Source: Chromera velia
Lineage: Eukaryota
Length of the DNA: 51,661 bases
Assembly (NCBI GenBank): GCA_018398765.1
Contig: JAHBMJ010000275.1
Span: 1-51,661, forward strand
Reading direction: 5' to 3'
Shown: positions 21,974 through 36,300 of the stretch, in pieces
How positions within the stretch are numbered: the stretch's first letter is position 1
How the letters are laid out: the number at the start of each line of letters is the position of its first letter
The notes under the pieces: generated by a model
Told to the model about the DNA's origin: nothing
Databases searched by the model: none
What the model saw: the letters and a program-made list of their open reading frames with translations, nothing else
Program-made: the position numbers and the translations under genes

Positions 21974-24900
21974 ATGGCGGACTCAGTTGAGACCGCTGCT
22001 GCAGTGGTTCCTCCTCTCAACTTGAATGCGTTGAAGGGAGATGGAGACGTTGAAGTTCTTGAGCATGCGAACGGCAATACAGGTACTACTGTGGAGGCTG
22101 AAGCTTCTCCAGCGGCAGATCAACACGGGGATCACGAACTGACAGCCGGGGCTGAAGAGAACCAAGACGAAAAGGAAGAGGGGGGAAAGGGAAAGGGAGA
22201 GGGAGGTACTGAAGCTCCTCTGGGAGAAGGAGAAAACGAAGAGGGATCTCCAGATGGAGAGAAGAAGGAGCAGGATGACAAACGATCAGATTCTGTTCAC
22301 TCCACAGACCTTCCCATCCCCAAAGCCGAGGACCCGTCTGAAGAGGCAGCGGTGGCGGAAAATGCAGCAGGAGAGGGAGAGGCAACGCCCAAGGCAGGGC
22401 CGGGATCGGTGCGGAAAATGCCGAAACCGTTTTCTCTCGCCAACCCGTCTACCACTGCACTGCAGGAGGAGAAGAGAAAGTACCCACTTCTCCTGCAAAA
22501 GGAAGAATTTTATCAGATGGTCAGTTTATGTGCAGGCAAGCGGTTGAGAAGGAAAGAGCAGGGTGAACAAAGGGGAATCCATAGGAATACCTTTTTGGAG
22601 GCTTACAGCATGGACGCATGGGCCCCATGACTGATGGACTGACTCACCCGTTGACTGACTGACTGACTGACTGACCCACTGAGTGCCAGAATGAGCAGTA
22701 TTCTTGCTGGCTGAGGGCAAGACAGTGGTGCTTCGGGATGGTCACCGACGCTACATTATGGCCCGGCTGATTGGCACACAAACTCACCTCACCGATTGAC
22801 TGATTGTGAAACTCGCTAACTCTGCCGCAGTCCGTTCGACCAGCTTTTACTTTTCGCTTCCACTCTGAACGGACTCCGTCCTTAAGTAAACACCCACCTC
22901 TCGTCCTCCCTTTTGTTTTATCTGCCGGTGCCTCCGCATGTTAGCCTGCCTGGGTTTCTGCTTCCTTCATTGCGTTTCCTTCCAATTCTCCTTAATTGTA
23001 ACACTGACTTCCCATCACGTCGAAAGGGCAGTATGCATGCCGAACCATTTCACTCCATAGCATTTATTCTACATGTTTCTTTTGTTTGTGTCCCCCTCCG
23101 TGCAGTACTCCCGTTCGTATCGGAAGGACATGGACAGAGGCGCCCCCCTCTCCCCACGTCCCAACAGATCCTACCTGAACACGGCCAGAGACCACGCAGA
23201 CCGCAGCACGACAGCAGCCAATCTGGGAGGTGCCGAGACGGTGCGGACTTCCGTGCCGTCCACCTCGAGGTCTTTCTCGAAGAGGGGCGGCGAGACGGAA
23301 AGAGCGGCAACAATGTCAAACCACACTGCAAGGAAGAAGAAGAACATCCTCGAAATTATTACCGCCAGAAAAAGGGCAGACGGAGCAGAGACGGATAAAT
23401 TCAAACCTGCAGATCATTACTACGCAGCGTGCAAAGGTCAGCTGAGTGATGTGCTCCGCTGTCCTCTCTCTCGCTTCACTGTGTCTGAAGAGTCTTGAGC
23501 CTCTGTCTCTTTCTGTTTGCGACCATGAAACAACACCGGGATTTGAATCTGGCCCGTTGCCTCTGAGAGAATGGAGACTAGCTTCAAATGAATGCATTCA
23601 GACACCCGCGCCGTCAATAATATGTCCCACACGATGGTTGAATCTATGCACGCAGAGTTGAACCTCCTTCCTGTCGCCTCCGGAATTGTGCGGTCGACCG
23701 ACAGCACATTGGACCTCTCCGGACAGCACATGGGGGACGAGGCACTGACGGCCATTGCAGTGGCAAATGCGTTCAAAAAAGCACAGACAATTCTCTTGAA
23801 AGCAAACGCAGGTGAGTGCATATGTGGGGGCGGGGGGCATTTCTTTTCCTTCACAGTCATTCTTTTCGTTGATGTCCCTTGGCTCAAACAAAAACAAACG
23901 CAAAAGGTCGTGTCCGCTCAGTGTGACCTTTGTTCCGCTATTCTCTGTCTCACTCTGCCCCTGAACGTCCTCCTCTTCCTTCTTTGCTCTGCCTCCCTGC
24001 AGTTGCACAGGCAGGCACTGAGGTGCTCTTGAACGTTCTTCCGGAGACGGTAACGAAACTCGACCTCAGCAGGTCAGTTGAGACGACTTTCAGATCCACC
24101 AGTGTGACTTGTCTCTTCTTCTTCTTCTGGAGCGAGTTTGCGGGAGGACTTGGCAAATGACTTTATCCCGAGTCTTGGACAAGGGAGGCAGTTTGCCCTG
24201 GATGCCGTTTCTTTTTGATCTCTTTTTCATTCGTGGTCTCTCGCTGTGCTGTCTCGCTGGACCCTTCATTTGAGGTCTGACATACCTTTCACCGGTATCA
24301 AGTCCACCGTACGTTCTCCTCCTGGAATTGTATTTCATTTCATTGCAGAAACCGGGAGATTCGGTGCATAGGCATGGAGACAGTCTCAAAGAGTCTCGTC
24401 TACATGGCGTCTCTGAAGGAACTGATTCTCTCAGGTGGGTGAGGGGGGGGGGGGGACGATTGTAGAAGTCCGGGGCCCGAGTTTCTTGAAACCGATTGAA
24501 AGGCGAAGGGAGGTCTTCCCATCTGAACAGCATCTCTCCCCTTTCGTCTTTTCAGTCCCCCCCCTTGGTCTGCCCGTCTTTTCAGCTAACTGGCCGGGTC
24601 CCCGTCGGCCCTCCAGTTTTTCTTCTTTCTATCAGTCTGTCTTTCAGTCTCTCTTTATGTCTGTCTGTCTGTCTTTCTGGCTGACTGTCTGTCTGACTGT
24701 CTTGAACATACAGTCTGTGTGTTTGTCTCTCTGGTCTCTCTGCTTTGCCCTGGAAGACCCTGCCTTTGCTGTTCAGCTGTGTACGTGAATCCCCTGTCCG
24801 CGCAGACTGTCAGTTGCGAGACAGGGGAACAGAGGTCCTCTGTGAGGCTCTGATCATGTGCAGACAATTGACGACTCTCGATCTGGTCAGTAATTCTGTC

Positions 24901-27900
24901 CCAGGTGATCTATGTGGGTGGCTGTCTAGAGCGGGGAGGATTATTTGCATCGATGAAAAGAAAAGAGTGCTGGGGGGAAAGTGAGGCCAAAAGACAGATC
25001 GATAACACAGAGGCATGCAGTAGATGTCCCGCAATTACCCTTTCAGATGAAGACAACTGAAGCTGGGATATAAGAAGACAAGTCGACAAGGGGGCAGGAG
25101 GACTGAAAAGAAATCCAGAAGGAATGAGATGCAGCTAGGAGAGCCGTAAAGCCACAAAATAAGGAAGATGAGCGAAACAGCAATTTTGCAGGACAGATCG
25201 CATAAAGAAACAATTACAAAAGACTCATTTTCTTCACTGCATTTCTCTTTCTGTTCTTTCTCTCCTCCCTCCGCCTGCAGAGCAACAACCGGATCAGTGA
25301 AGGAGGCGGGAGGTCCTTGGGAGAGCTACTCGAGCAGCACCTGGTCGGTTGGTCTCTGTCTCTTTCTTTGCTGACATGTGTACCTCCGTCTATCTTGGCA
25401 TTGGTTGACGAGAATATTCTCATGGGGTATCAGTTCAGACTAGCTTCTGCGCTTTTTTCTTTGGCAATGCGTTGTCCGAGTCTTCGACGAGAGAGCTTTC
25501 GTTTTCTTCGTGTTGTGTTTTTTTTGTGACCTCTGCTACTTTGTGTATCTCTTTCGAAGTCTCAGGCAGACTTGGTTGGTTTGTACATCTAAAAGCTTGC
25601 TCACAGGGTTCGCTTTGCTTCCGGCTTTTCCGTTTCTGTGAGGAACCAGAGCATTCAAACAGACCGTGTCCTCTGATCATGCAGACGATCCAAAAAATAG
25701 ACATCCACTGGAACTCTCTGGCAACTGACGGCGCCGAGGCCTTCATCAACGGTGGGCATGAGTGGAGGGAAGAATGAGTGAGAGAACAGTCAAGGAATGG
25801 TAAACAGCATAGGGGCTGTGGGCAAGAATGAAAGTCGCGATCACGCACCTTTGGATTGCATTCCTTGGCAGATGCGTTCGCTTAACAAAAAGAAGCCTGG
25901 TATAATTTTCGTTGATTGTGCACTGGCTCTTCCTCTCATCCCGTTTTCTTCTCTTCTTCCTCTATCGATCGGCCTATGCGCTTGCAGTCGCAAAAAGCAT
26001 CATATGAACAGTTCTGCTATGCATCTGCTGGATGTACGCACAGGCATGAAGGACAATGGCGCACTTGGGGGTGAGTTGAAGGATGTGGACATCTCCTGGA
26101 ACAGTCTGGGAGGTCTGGCTGGGACACGCAACGCTGCGGCTGTTGCAAGGGTGAGCGCAAAAGAAAGTGGAGTGTCGAAAGCAAACTCAAGTGAGGAAAA
26201 AAAGCAGCGAGAGAGGTGGAGGGTGGGAGAGAGGGGGGAAAGGAGGGGGGCAGGGAGGGAGGGAGGTAAGGAGGTAAGGAGGAAGGGGAAAAGAAAAGAA
26301 GCTAGGAAGGGCGAGAAGTGGAAAAGAAAACTTTCTGCCTTCTCTCGATTGTAAATGTGATCGTTTTCTGTCTCGGAAATGCCTCTGCAACTTGTCCCCC
26401 TCAAAATGGGGATGTCCACACACATGGATTCACTCTCTCTAATTCATGAGTGCAGCTTCTGGAGGAGAAGAGATCTGCTCTTGTGCATCTGAACATCGCC
26501 CACAACGCGTTCAACGAGCAGTGCATGGGGGTGATCGCAGAGGGTCTTTCAAAGAACAATTCTCTGCTGGGACTCCACATCGCAGGGAACGCAGGGAGAA
26601 TGGACACTTTTGGGTCGGTTCGGAGGAGACACAGGAGGGAATTCAAAATTGAATGAATGAATGAATGAATGAATGAATGAAGGAAGGAAGGAAGGAAGGA
26701 AGGGAGGAATGAATGAATGAATGAACGAATGAAATGAATTAATGAATGGCCTTTTTGGTTCTCCACTGATGGTAACGTCTTGCTGTAGTACGCCGTCTCT
26801 CGGGAAGGAAGAGAGTTTCTTGGTCCTCTCCTCCTCTCAGGAGGCCGTCGCAACAATGCAGGGGGACGTTTCGAGTATATGCTGCAAAGAGGATCTTCAG
26901 GGTAAAGGAAAAACGGTGCGGCAAATTTCCAGCCCTGAAGTAAACGAAGCAAATATTTTGATGGAATCGACTGATTGAAATCCTCTGTTATGTCCTCTTT
27001 TCCGTCTACGTGTTTGCAGGTTTGTCCACCCAATCAGCGGTTCCGTCCCTCCCAACGGTCCCCCCCTCGCCCCCAATGGACTTCCCTTGACTCCAGAAGA
27101 GAAGGCCAATCTTCCGTGGGCACTGCCTGAAAAGAGTCCGAAGGATGTTGCAGGTGGGTGGGCACTCTTTTATTTGTGCCTCTCTGGAGGCACCTTTTTG
27201 CGGCATTCTCATGCCTACAATCTGTCCATTTGTGCACTTATTCTGCTTCTTTGTGATTCTTCTCGTTGCTTCTTGCAGCTGCTCTGAGCTACAGATCTGC
27301 TTCTCTTCACTACCCCGAGAAGACCTGCTGGGTCTGCGGGGGGTGGACAGAAGTGTGCTTCGAATACACACCTGGTCAGCTGCCCGGCTGCTTTTGTCTT
27401 TGTGGGGACTTTTTCTTATGGTGCTCATACTCTGGGCTCTCTCTTTGTCCTCCGCTGTAAATCGACCTGCTTGTGTTGACATGTCGGTTGAATTGCCTAC
27501 TCCCATCTTGCTTCGATCTTGCAGGCCTGTCGGGACCTGACTGCAAGGACCTCTTCTTGCTGCTAGACCTCGACGATATGGAACCTGTGCCTTTGAGAAG
27601 GAAGGACGGGGGGAAGGGAGAGGGATTCGAAATCTGGAGAATGATCCCAGAAGGGTCAGGCAGAAAGAGGGGGGTGAGAATGGAAAGGCATGGGTGTGTT
27701 CCGGTGTTCTTTCTCATTGTGATGTAGGTTTTGCTACGGAAAAAGGAAGAGACTCCTTTCCTGATATGGCTCTGCTCTCCTTCTGCCTCATGCATCCTCT
27801 TTGTTTCTTTCTCCCCACTTTATTCCTGCAGCACCCACCTCTTCCTCTTCCAGGCAGACCACCATCTAGTGCCGGCACTTGACAGAGATCAGGTACGTGT

Positions 27901-30900
27901 GTGTGCCTTTGGTTCTTTCTTGTGTGGCCGTGTGTGGAAGTTTGTTTTCCTCTAGGGTCACCACCTTTTCCGCCTTCTGCAGAATCAAGAGAGTGCCAAA
28001 ACTAGAATGTTTCGCACAGATGTCAAATACATGAGTAGTGATCTTGAAGAGCGACCACCAAGATCTGCGCTCCACTCCAATTTTCCTTCATTCCTTCCTG
28101 CCTGTGTGCCGAATGAACGAACGTGCAGGTCGACCGGCTGATGCCCATCGTCGCTCTCGCAGACTGCCCCGCAGTTCAGGCAGAACTGCAGAGACAACTG
28201 GCTCCCCGCCCCGTCCCTTCGGACATGCGCCTGGTGATGGAGCCGTTGCAGGTATGCCTTTCTTTAGTGGTATCTTTTTCATCCGTGTATGCAGTGAAAT
28301 GCGGAGAAGTGGATAACAAAAGCAACTCGGCTCACTGTTCTGTACTCAGTCGTTTTTCGCTTCATGCAGTGTGTGTGCGTTCAGTTGTAAATGCTGTGAA
28401 AATTGTCCTGAAATTCTTTCATTTTGCGTTTCCTCAGGTGAATGTTGTCAAGGTGGAGCCTCGCAAAGAGGGGGCAGAAATCTGTCGGCACACCCGGCCC
28501 CGGTTGGTGCACTTCGACGCGAAGTTGATGGAAGGGGAGGGCGAGGGGGTCGAGGAGAGGCCCTGGGAATTCAACAGAAGCGTGTTTGCAGGGTACCATC
28601 TGGACACTCCTGAGAAACTTGCTCAGGTCGGATGGATCGATCAAGACATACAGAAACCTCGTGTTACGAACTGAGGCAACGAAAGAAATAAATCTCCGTC
28701 CTGCGATGCGCAATCCTCTTCTTTGTGTGCGTGGATTTCTTTCTGCATTCACTCTTTTGAAAATTGTTCTATAATTGCCTCAAACGCTTGGAAATGAACG
28801 CTCCGTTTTCCGTCACTTTCTGTGTCTTTGGACTTTCAAATGATGAAATGTGCATGTGCTGTTTTGATGCGGGAGGCGTCCTTATTTCAGTTCGCGCAGA
28901 TAATTCAATGGCCTGTTTGAGGCAAAAGTCGAACGGTGGGTGATTCTGGATGTTTGGGTGCTGCGTGCAGGCTGTGGAGGCAGACATCAGGAGGGCGAGG
29001 ATTTCTCCTGACCGTTAGTGGTTGTTTTCCCTCTTCCTTTTTTTTCTCCCCGTTCCGTTAGTTATTTTTCTCATCCGGCCTATTTTTGTCATCGCCCCCC
29101 CCCCTCTCTCTCTCCCTCCCTCCTTCTCTCTCTGTGGAGTAGGCCCTCGGTGGAAGAGGGGGGGAGGGGGGGTACATTCACCCACTCTGTTTCCAATGTT
29201 TCCTCCTTCTACTTCAATGCGTCGGGCTGTGTGCACACTCCAGCCTGAAGGGAGCCACCAACCCCAGCTGTACGCACACACACCTTCTGTTTGTTGCGGC
29301 TTCACCGGGGTCCCTGTCTGCGTCTGTCTGTGTGCAGATGCAGACGCAGAGACGATGTCTCCCCTGAAGGACCTTCTGAAGAAGAATTTCCCTCAACTGT
29401 TCACTCTCTACAAGTGAGTGGGTGGGTTAGTGAGTGAGTGAGTGAGTGAGTGGGTGAGTGGGTGAGTGAGTGAGTGAGTGAGTGAGTCAGAGTGAGTGAG
29501 TGAGTGAGTGAGTGAGTGGGTGAGTGGGTGAGTGAGTGAGTGAGTGGGTGAGTGGGTGAGTGAGTGAGTGAGTGAGTGAGTGGGTGAGTGGGTGAGTGAG
29601 TGGGTGAGTGAGTGAGTGGGTGAGTGGGTGAGTGGGTGAGTGGGTGAATGAGTGAGTGAGTGAGTGAGTGAGTGAGTGAGTCAGAGTGAGACGGAGAGAG
29701 ATGGGGGGGGAGACGGAGAGAGGGAGAGAGAGACTCACTTTAGGGGAGTCCAAAACACACCATGCTAATCAAAGTGGTGTGTGATTTTTTGTTCTCTTCG
29801 TTGCTGGCTGCTATTCGTTCTCTGCATGGTTTTTCTTCCTCTTCCAGCACACAACATATGAATTGCCGGCTTAATTGTCGTGCTTCTATCGATACATAAT
29901 AAAAGCCCATCCAGCGCAGAAACTGTTATCTTCTGGACGCCTTTGAAAAGCACCGTGTCTACAGTTTGCTGACATGAAGCCAAATGACAGAAAGAAACTT
30001 GATTTGGTGCCGCATTTGTCATTTGCATCATCAACACCGTTCGAAGAGAAAACCGCAAAGAAACACGGCACACAGGCGAGCTCTCACGCCCTGGCAACCG
30101 TCAAGGGCAAATCAGGTGTGAATGCACGCCCGCGCACCCTGATCGATTCACATTCGAATTCTTCGTTTGACATTCATTGCTGTTTGGACCGCTGTTGCAA
30201 TTGTTCTTTTTGTCTTCAGGTTCTACGCAGCCATGGGTAAGGCGAGGGATCCTTTTGAGGATCAGTCTCCCACAGGAGGGGCAGACGGGGGTGCGGATTT
30301 CGATGAGTTGAGTCCGATTGGAAACCCAGGAGAGGGCTCTCCTGCCCAGAAGGAGAGAGGGGCGAGGAGCCAGGTGCTTCTGAGGGCTGCTCGGGAGGGT
30401 GAGAGGGCCTCTATCTTCTCTGTGAACCTGAAGGCATGGGACAAGTTTTTGGAGGAATGCGATATCGTCGGGGATGACCTCAAACAATCGGTTAGTCTCT
30501 TTTCGTGTCTTTTTCTTTGTTTGTCTCCTTGCCTATATTTCGTTATTTGTTTGTGCGTCTATTTCTCTGTATGTGCATTGAGATGATTCAACAGGTAACG
30601 TCAGGCTGTTTCGGTTTTGCTCAACTCTATATGGAGAGGGCCACAGGGACGAGAACATCTTTGGTCGAACAGAGAGTGATAAACCCCTGTCTGCATGAGA
30701 TGTGAACGTTCTGCGTAGAGCGTTGACGAAAGACGCTGACTTTTTTTCCTTTGCGTGTCTTTGCCATATTTTCTCTCTCTCTTTTTTTTTTGAGTGATTG
30801 ATGAATGCATGAATGAATGCAGAAGGCGGACTCTGTGTTCCTGTCTGCAATGAACTCTCCCGGTCTGACGGGGTCCCGAGGAGAGGTGATTGACACAACA

Positions 30901-31243
30901 TTGATGGCCAAGGGATGCCTCGTCAGGTTCCAATTCCTAGAGGCCATCATCCGACTCGCAGAGGAGAAGTATCTGAAAGGTCAGTGGGTGTGTGGATGGG
31001 TGGATGCTTGAATGAATGAAGGGAGGGAGGGAGGGAGTAGGGAAGGGTGGAGAACGTGTACAAGGCATATCGGAGGAGCAGGAGGGGCTCAAGAGAATAT
31101 TTGTAGCTAAGCTGATTTGCTTTTTTTTGTCGGGTCGGCAAATCTCTTTTCAGATGCTTTTCGCAGCGAGAGGATCAGTTGGGGCAGGACAATGGAAGAT
31201 CTCAACTTGTCTCTGTTCGTTTCTGTCTGTCTGTGTCTGTGTC

Positions 31244-31276
<33 letters not shown>

Positions 31277-33173
31277 CTATGTGTGTCTATGTGTGTCTAT
31301 GTGTGTCTGTGTGTCTATGTGTGTCTATGTGTGTCTGTGTGTGTCTATGTATGTCTATGTGTTTCTATGTGTGTCTGTGTGTGTCTGTGTATGTATGGTT
31401 TTTGTACTTTTGTCATGAAACCCCCGAGGCCTTTGTGGTTTTTCTGCAGGCGGTCCTGCTGACTCTCTCCGGAGGGCTGTTGAGATGCTCTTGGTAAGTC
31501 GGACTGACGCCTTTCTTTTTCTCCCCTCTTCTCTCTTCCCTCGATTTCTTTTTTCCTGTTTGGAAGCTCGCCAATCACTGAAATAATGAGAAAACACAAA
31601 GTGGCATTTTTCTGCAAAGGCAGGAAGAGACAGAAACATCTTGAGCAGTGTCCAAGCATACACCAGGATTGTCCCATGGTTTGACTCATACGACACTCAT
31701 TGACCTGTTTTTACTCCGCCAACCTCTTTTGTTCTTCTATCTCCGTGTTTTGCAGCAAGTCAACATTCTTCCACGTGCCGAAGTTCTTCACAAAGAATTT
31801 ATCTGGAAGCAATCAGGTGAGGATGCCGAACTTCTTCCGGATGTTTCCTGCGGAAAGGCTGCTTACATGTGGCATGAACAGCACGAACGAGAAGCAGGGG
31901 CTGCGGCGCTCATCTTTCCAAAAGATATTAATACATACACGCTTTGAAAAAAAATTATTCAAACAAAGAGCGGGCCCGCATGACGATTTTTGGTTTTGTT
32001 CAGGAAGGCTCTTTCGCTTTCGCTAGAAGTCTGTTTTCCCTGTCCTTCGCCTTACAACGCTCCCTCCATACACCCTTCTGTCTGCAGTCTTCTACACAAA
32101 GGAGGTGGATGCCATTTTCCGAAAGCACATGCGGACCCTGCACACAGTCTTCATGGAATACGGAGAGCAGACTGAAGGCTTCGACCTCAACCAGCAAGCC
32201 TCCCCGAAGCTCCTCGCGCTGCAACGCCAAATGGGCCAGGGGGCACCTGTACAGATGACATCGAGAGTCTCCCTCAGCCTCCCGGAATTCGTTCTCTTTG
32301 CAGCCAACACTCGTCAGTCAGTCGTGCGTTTTCTCTTTTCCTTTGACCCGATTTTTGGATGAGTGGCGCTAGATTCGAGGAATTATTCAGGGGATGTCTG
32401 AAATGAGCAACTGAAGAGGTGGGGCGGAAATTTCCAAGAGAAAAAAAAACATTTGCGAACGACAACTGCGAGTCAGGAAAAGAAATTCTGTCACGGAGGA
32501 AAGCGAGGAAGTTTTCTTTCGCTATTGCCGTCTCTTTTTCCAGCATACGCAGACACATGATCTCCTGCCGGGCATATTTCTTTGCTAGCATCTCTCACAC
32601 ACACCCTTTTGCATCCTCGATCCTGCAGGTGCCATCACGACTGTTTGTCCCATAGAAGAGCTTGGATTCGCATTCACTATCTCTCAGATGACTCAAGTCG
32701 GTCGAAAATACTTTTCTTTTCTTTTCAGTGCAGTGAATCAATGAGGGGGCGCGGTGAATCGGGATGCTTTCGAGAATCGAAAAAGAAGAGAATGGCCGTC
32801 GAGCAAGGCGCCAGAGAGGTCAGAACACAAAGAAAAGGAGTTTTTTACATCAGTAGATCCAGATAAAGTGAAAAAAACTGCCCCAAGAGACAGTGAAGCA
32901 TTGCAGTTTTTGCAGACTTTAGAGTTTCAATAGCATGCTGCTCGAACGGATGTTTCTTTCATGGCTTTCTTCCTCTGCATGTTTCTCTCTGCTCTGCTCT
33001 GTCTGCAGTCGGACGAACTTCAGTCAAGTCGCCATCTGGAGATGTCACTGCCGGAAATGATGGAGGCGATCGGGAGACTCGTTGCCAGAAACGTACAGCT
33101 GAACATGGACGTCCCTCTGCCACCTCCACCAGGGTGCGTCACCCCTTTGTCGACCTCTTTGTGGGTGTCTGTA

Positions 33174-33228
<55 letters not shown>

Positions 33229-33308
33229 ATGTATGTATGTGTGTATGTGTGTGTGTATGTGTGTGTGTGTGTGTATATATATATATGTGTGTGTGTATGT
33301 ATGTGTGT

Positions 33309-33343
<35 letters not shown>

Positions 33344-36300
33344 TGTGCGTATGTATGTATGTGTGTGTGTATATATGTATGTGTATGTGTATGTGTGTGT
33401 GTATGTGTGTGTGTGTGTGTGTGTCTGTGTGTGTGTCTGTGTGTGTGTGTATGTGTATGTGTGTGTGTATGTGTGTCTATGTGTATGTGTGCGTGTGTGT
33501 ATGCGCATGCGTATATGTATATATGTGTATGTGTATCCCTCCCGATGATGACAGTGGTATGCCTGTCACAGTTGGAGGGGGGTAGTGCCACGCAGACATG
33601 TAGGCACTCAGGGAGGCACCGCCGAAGGAAAACAGGCCAGTGAGGCAGTCAGTCAACCAGACAACCAGGCAGTGAGTCAGTCAGTCAGCCAGACAACCAG
33701 GCAGTGAGTCAGTCAGTCAGCTAGACGACTAGTCAGTGAGTCAGTCAGTCAGTCAGTGAATCGGTTAGTCAGTCAGTCAGTCAGTCAGTCAGTCAGTCAG
33801 TCAGTCAGTTACTTAGTCAGTTAACCAGTCAACTAGTCAAATAGTCAGTCAGTCAGTCAGTCAGTCAGTCAGTCAGTCAGTTACTTAGTTAGTTAACCAG
33901 TCAACTAGTCAAATAGTCAGTCAGTCAGTCAGTCAGTCAGTCAGTCAGTTAGTCTCTTGATACTATCTTGATACTTGACGATCTGAATGTCACGATCCTG
34001 CAGGGCATGATATCGCCTCGGAGGGCAGCTCAGCTCTGCTGAGATCAGCCAAGAAGCCCTGAGATCGCACACACTCGTATAACATATTTTTTCATGTTTA
34101 TCTCTGTCCGTCACGGTGTCGCCCGAATTCTAAAATGTGCCTCTCAAGCAATTTGCACGGAGTCGCGATCGCACATACCTTAATTACTTCGCACATGTAT
34201 GCGTGCCCCTCAAGTAACTCGTACGAAGATGCAAGTGCATGCTTGCGCGGTCCCGAAAAACATGCTTCGTGCGCGCTGCCGTGACTTCGGTGTGCATCAA
34301 TCAAATTTGCGGACCCCCTAAAGGGCCCCCCGAGGCACTCACCCAAATGGTTGGGTGTATCTCGTATTAATATTAATAATATGAATGCAGGATACCCTCT
34401 TCATAAGCTCAGGGGGTATGCCGGGGCCCTGACGCAAGCTATTATATGATATAGATTTATAGATTAATAATAATACCGAGGCCCATGCAGGGCCCCGGCC
34501 GGCAACAGAGTGGACTCCAAAGTAGGACTTAGTGGAATCTAAAGTGACTTTTAAATTTACTATATTCTAGCTTCATTATAAAGTAAAACTAGGTTACTTG
34601 AAGCAATTTAGAGCCTTTTAAAGCATTGAAAATCGTTACTCCTGTGCGAATCTGCTCAAATGTGCTCAAAAATCTGGTTGATTAGCTAGGGTGCATGGTA
34701 GGAAAAATTACGATCACCGTGGCACGTAGAAGTTAGTGAATGTTACCTGCAAAGAAATACACAGGCACAACACTAATAGATATGCTCAAAAGCAACGTTT
34801 AGCGCCGCTAATCAAGTACAAAGAATTGCTTCTGCTGCAAGAGAAACAGTGCAGGAAGGAGGGCTTCACAGCTAGGCTGGTCAGACCAGACAGGAGGCGG
34901 TCAGCAGGGGTCGGAGAGAACAGAGCACAGAGACAACATAATTTTTTTTACAAAGAACTCACACTACACGGTGCAAAAGCTTGCAAATCGTTCTGCGTGT
35001 GTCAATAAAAAACTGTGAAAAAGAAGGACAGGTCCGTAGGTCGATCTAGATGATTAGAGGGAGACCAGTACGGAGTGCCACAAATGAAAAAGGATGAACG
35101 AGTAAGGAGCACTTGCGTCAGGATAGTACGGACCGCTTTCAAGGACTGACACACACGGAGCAAGTAGAAGACATTCAAATGCATGAAAGCTGAGCGATTG
35201 TTCTGGGTGGAAAAATGTCTGGCAGGACTGAGAGCTGTGCAAAGCGTCAGAAGAGGCAGTCAAAAAATGGAGGCTCCAGCAGACTCTCCATCAACCCTCT
35301 CTCAGTGACCTCCCTTATGCGTTTCTGTCAAGCTCCTAGCAGAACAAAAAAGCTGGATGCTAAGTAAATCATCATGCAAAGCGAGAGAGCGAGCCGCGCT
35401 TCCTTAACTGACCTGCAGGTGTCCCCAAGTCTCCGTCCACCAACACTTGCAAACACGGAGGGACAGGCGTTCACGCTTTGTGCAGTCAAGGAAGCATTTC
35501 TGTCTAGCTTATTCTGCGCGTACAAGGTTCCAAGGAAAAGACCAAGAGCCTAAGAAGCAGTGGGTCCAGACAGGCTGACCTGGGGGTTGACTGTGAGGCT
35601 CCCAAGACTGTGACCTGCAAGGAAAGAGTAAGGAGAGCGATGAGCGCAGCAGTACTTTAACACCTAGATAAGGCCGGCAGCCCTTCCCCGCTTGAACAGG
35701 AGGAGCAGCAGCAAGCAGAAAGACGTTGAAAGCAAGATCAAGATGGCTGGTCTCCCCTGGACCCACCTGCAAGCTCCACTTCATGCCGACCCGAGGTGAC
35801 CCAGCAACTATTGTTGCAGCCGTCTCCTCCAGAGCCCCGAAAGTGCACTCCCGAAAAAAAAGTCAAAACCGAGAAAACGCTCTATCAAATATCTTCTTAA
35901 ACCATTAGAAGACATCTGACAGAGCGTTTTTTGTGGCAACATTTCTGTGGGAAAAGTCCGTTTGCTCAGAGGTTCAGAACTCCACAGTTTTGAACCTGTG
36001 GACCTTCAAGATGGACAAGAGACTTCAGACCCGATTATTGGCCGACAGAGGCAAAGTCAGCTGCGTGTGTCGAAGAAGCAGGGTGCCGCCACCCCCTCTG
36101 GCCCCGTGGCGGCGCCTCCCAGACTCATGATAAACCCATGTCTAGACCTGGCGGTGGGGGGGTTTGACCCCCCTAGCCTAAGGTTCAGAAGTGTGGACTT
36201 CTGAACCTTGGGAGGGGGGGGTTAATTATCCGACCCAACTCGAGGTCCCTGACCCAAAACAGTCACAGAACACCTTCTTTGACATACGCAGAACGAGTTG

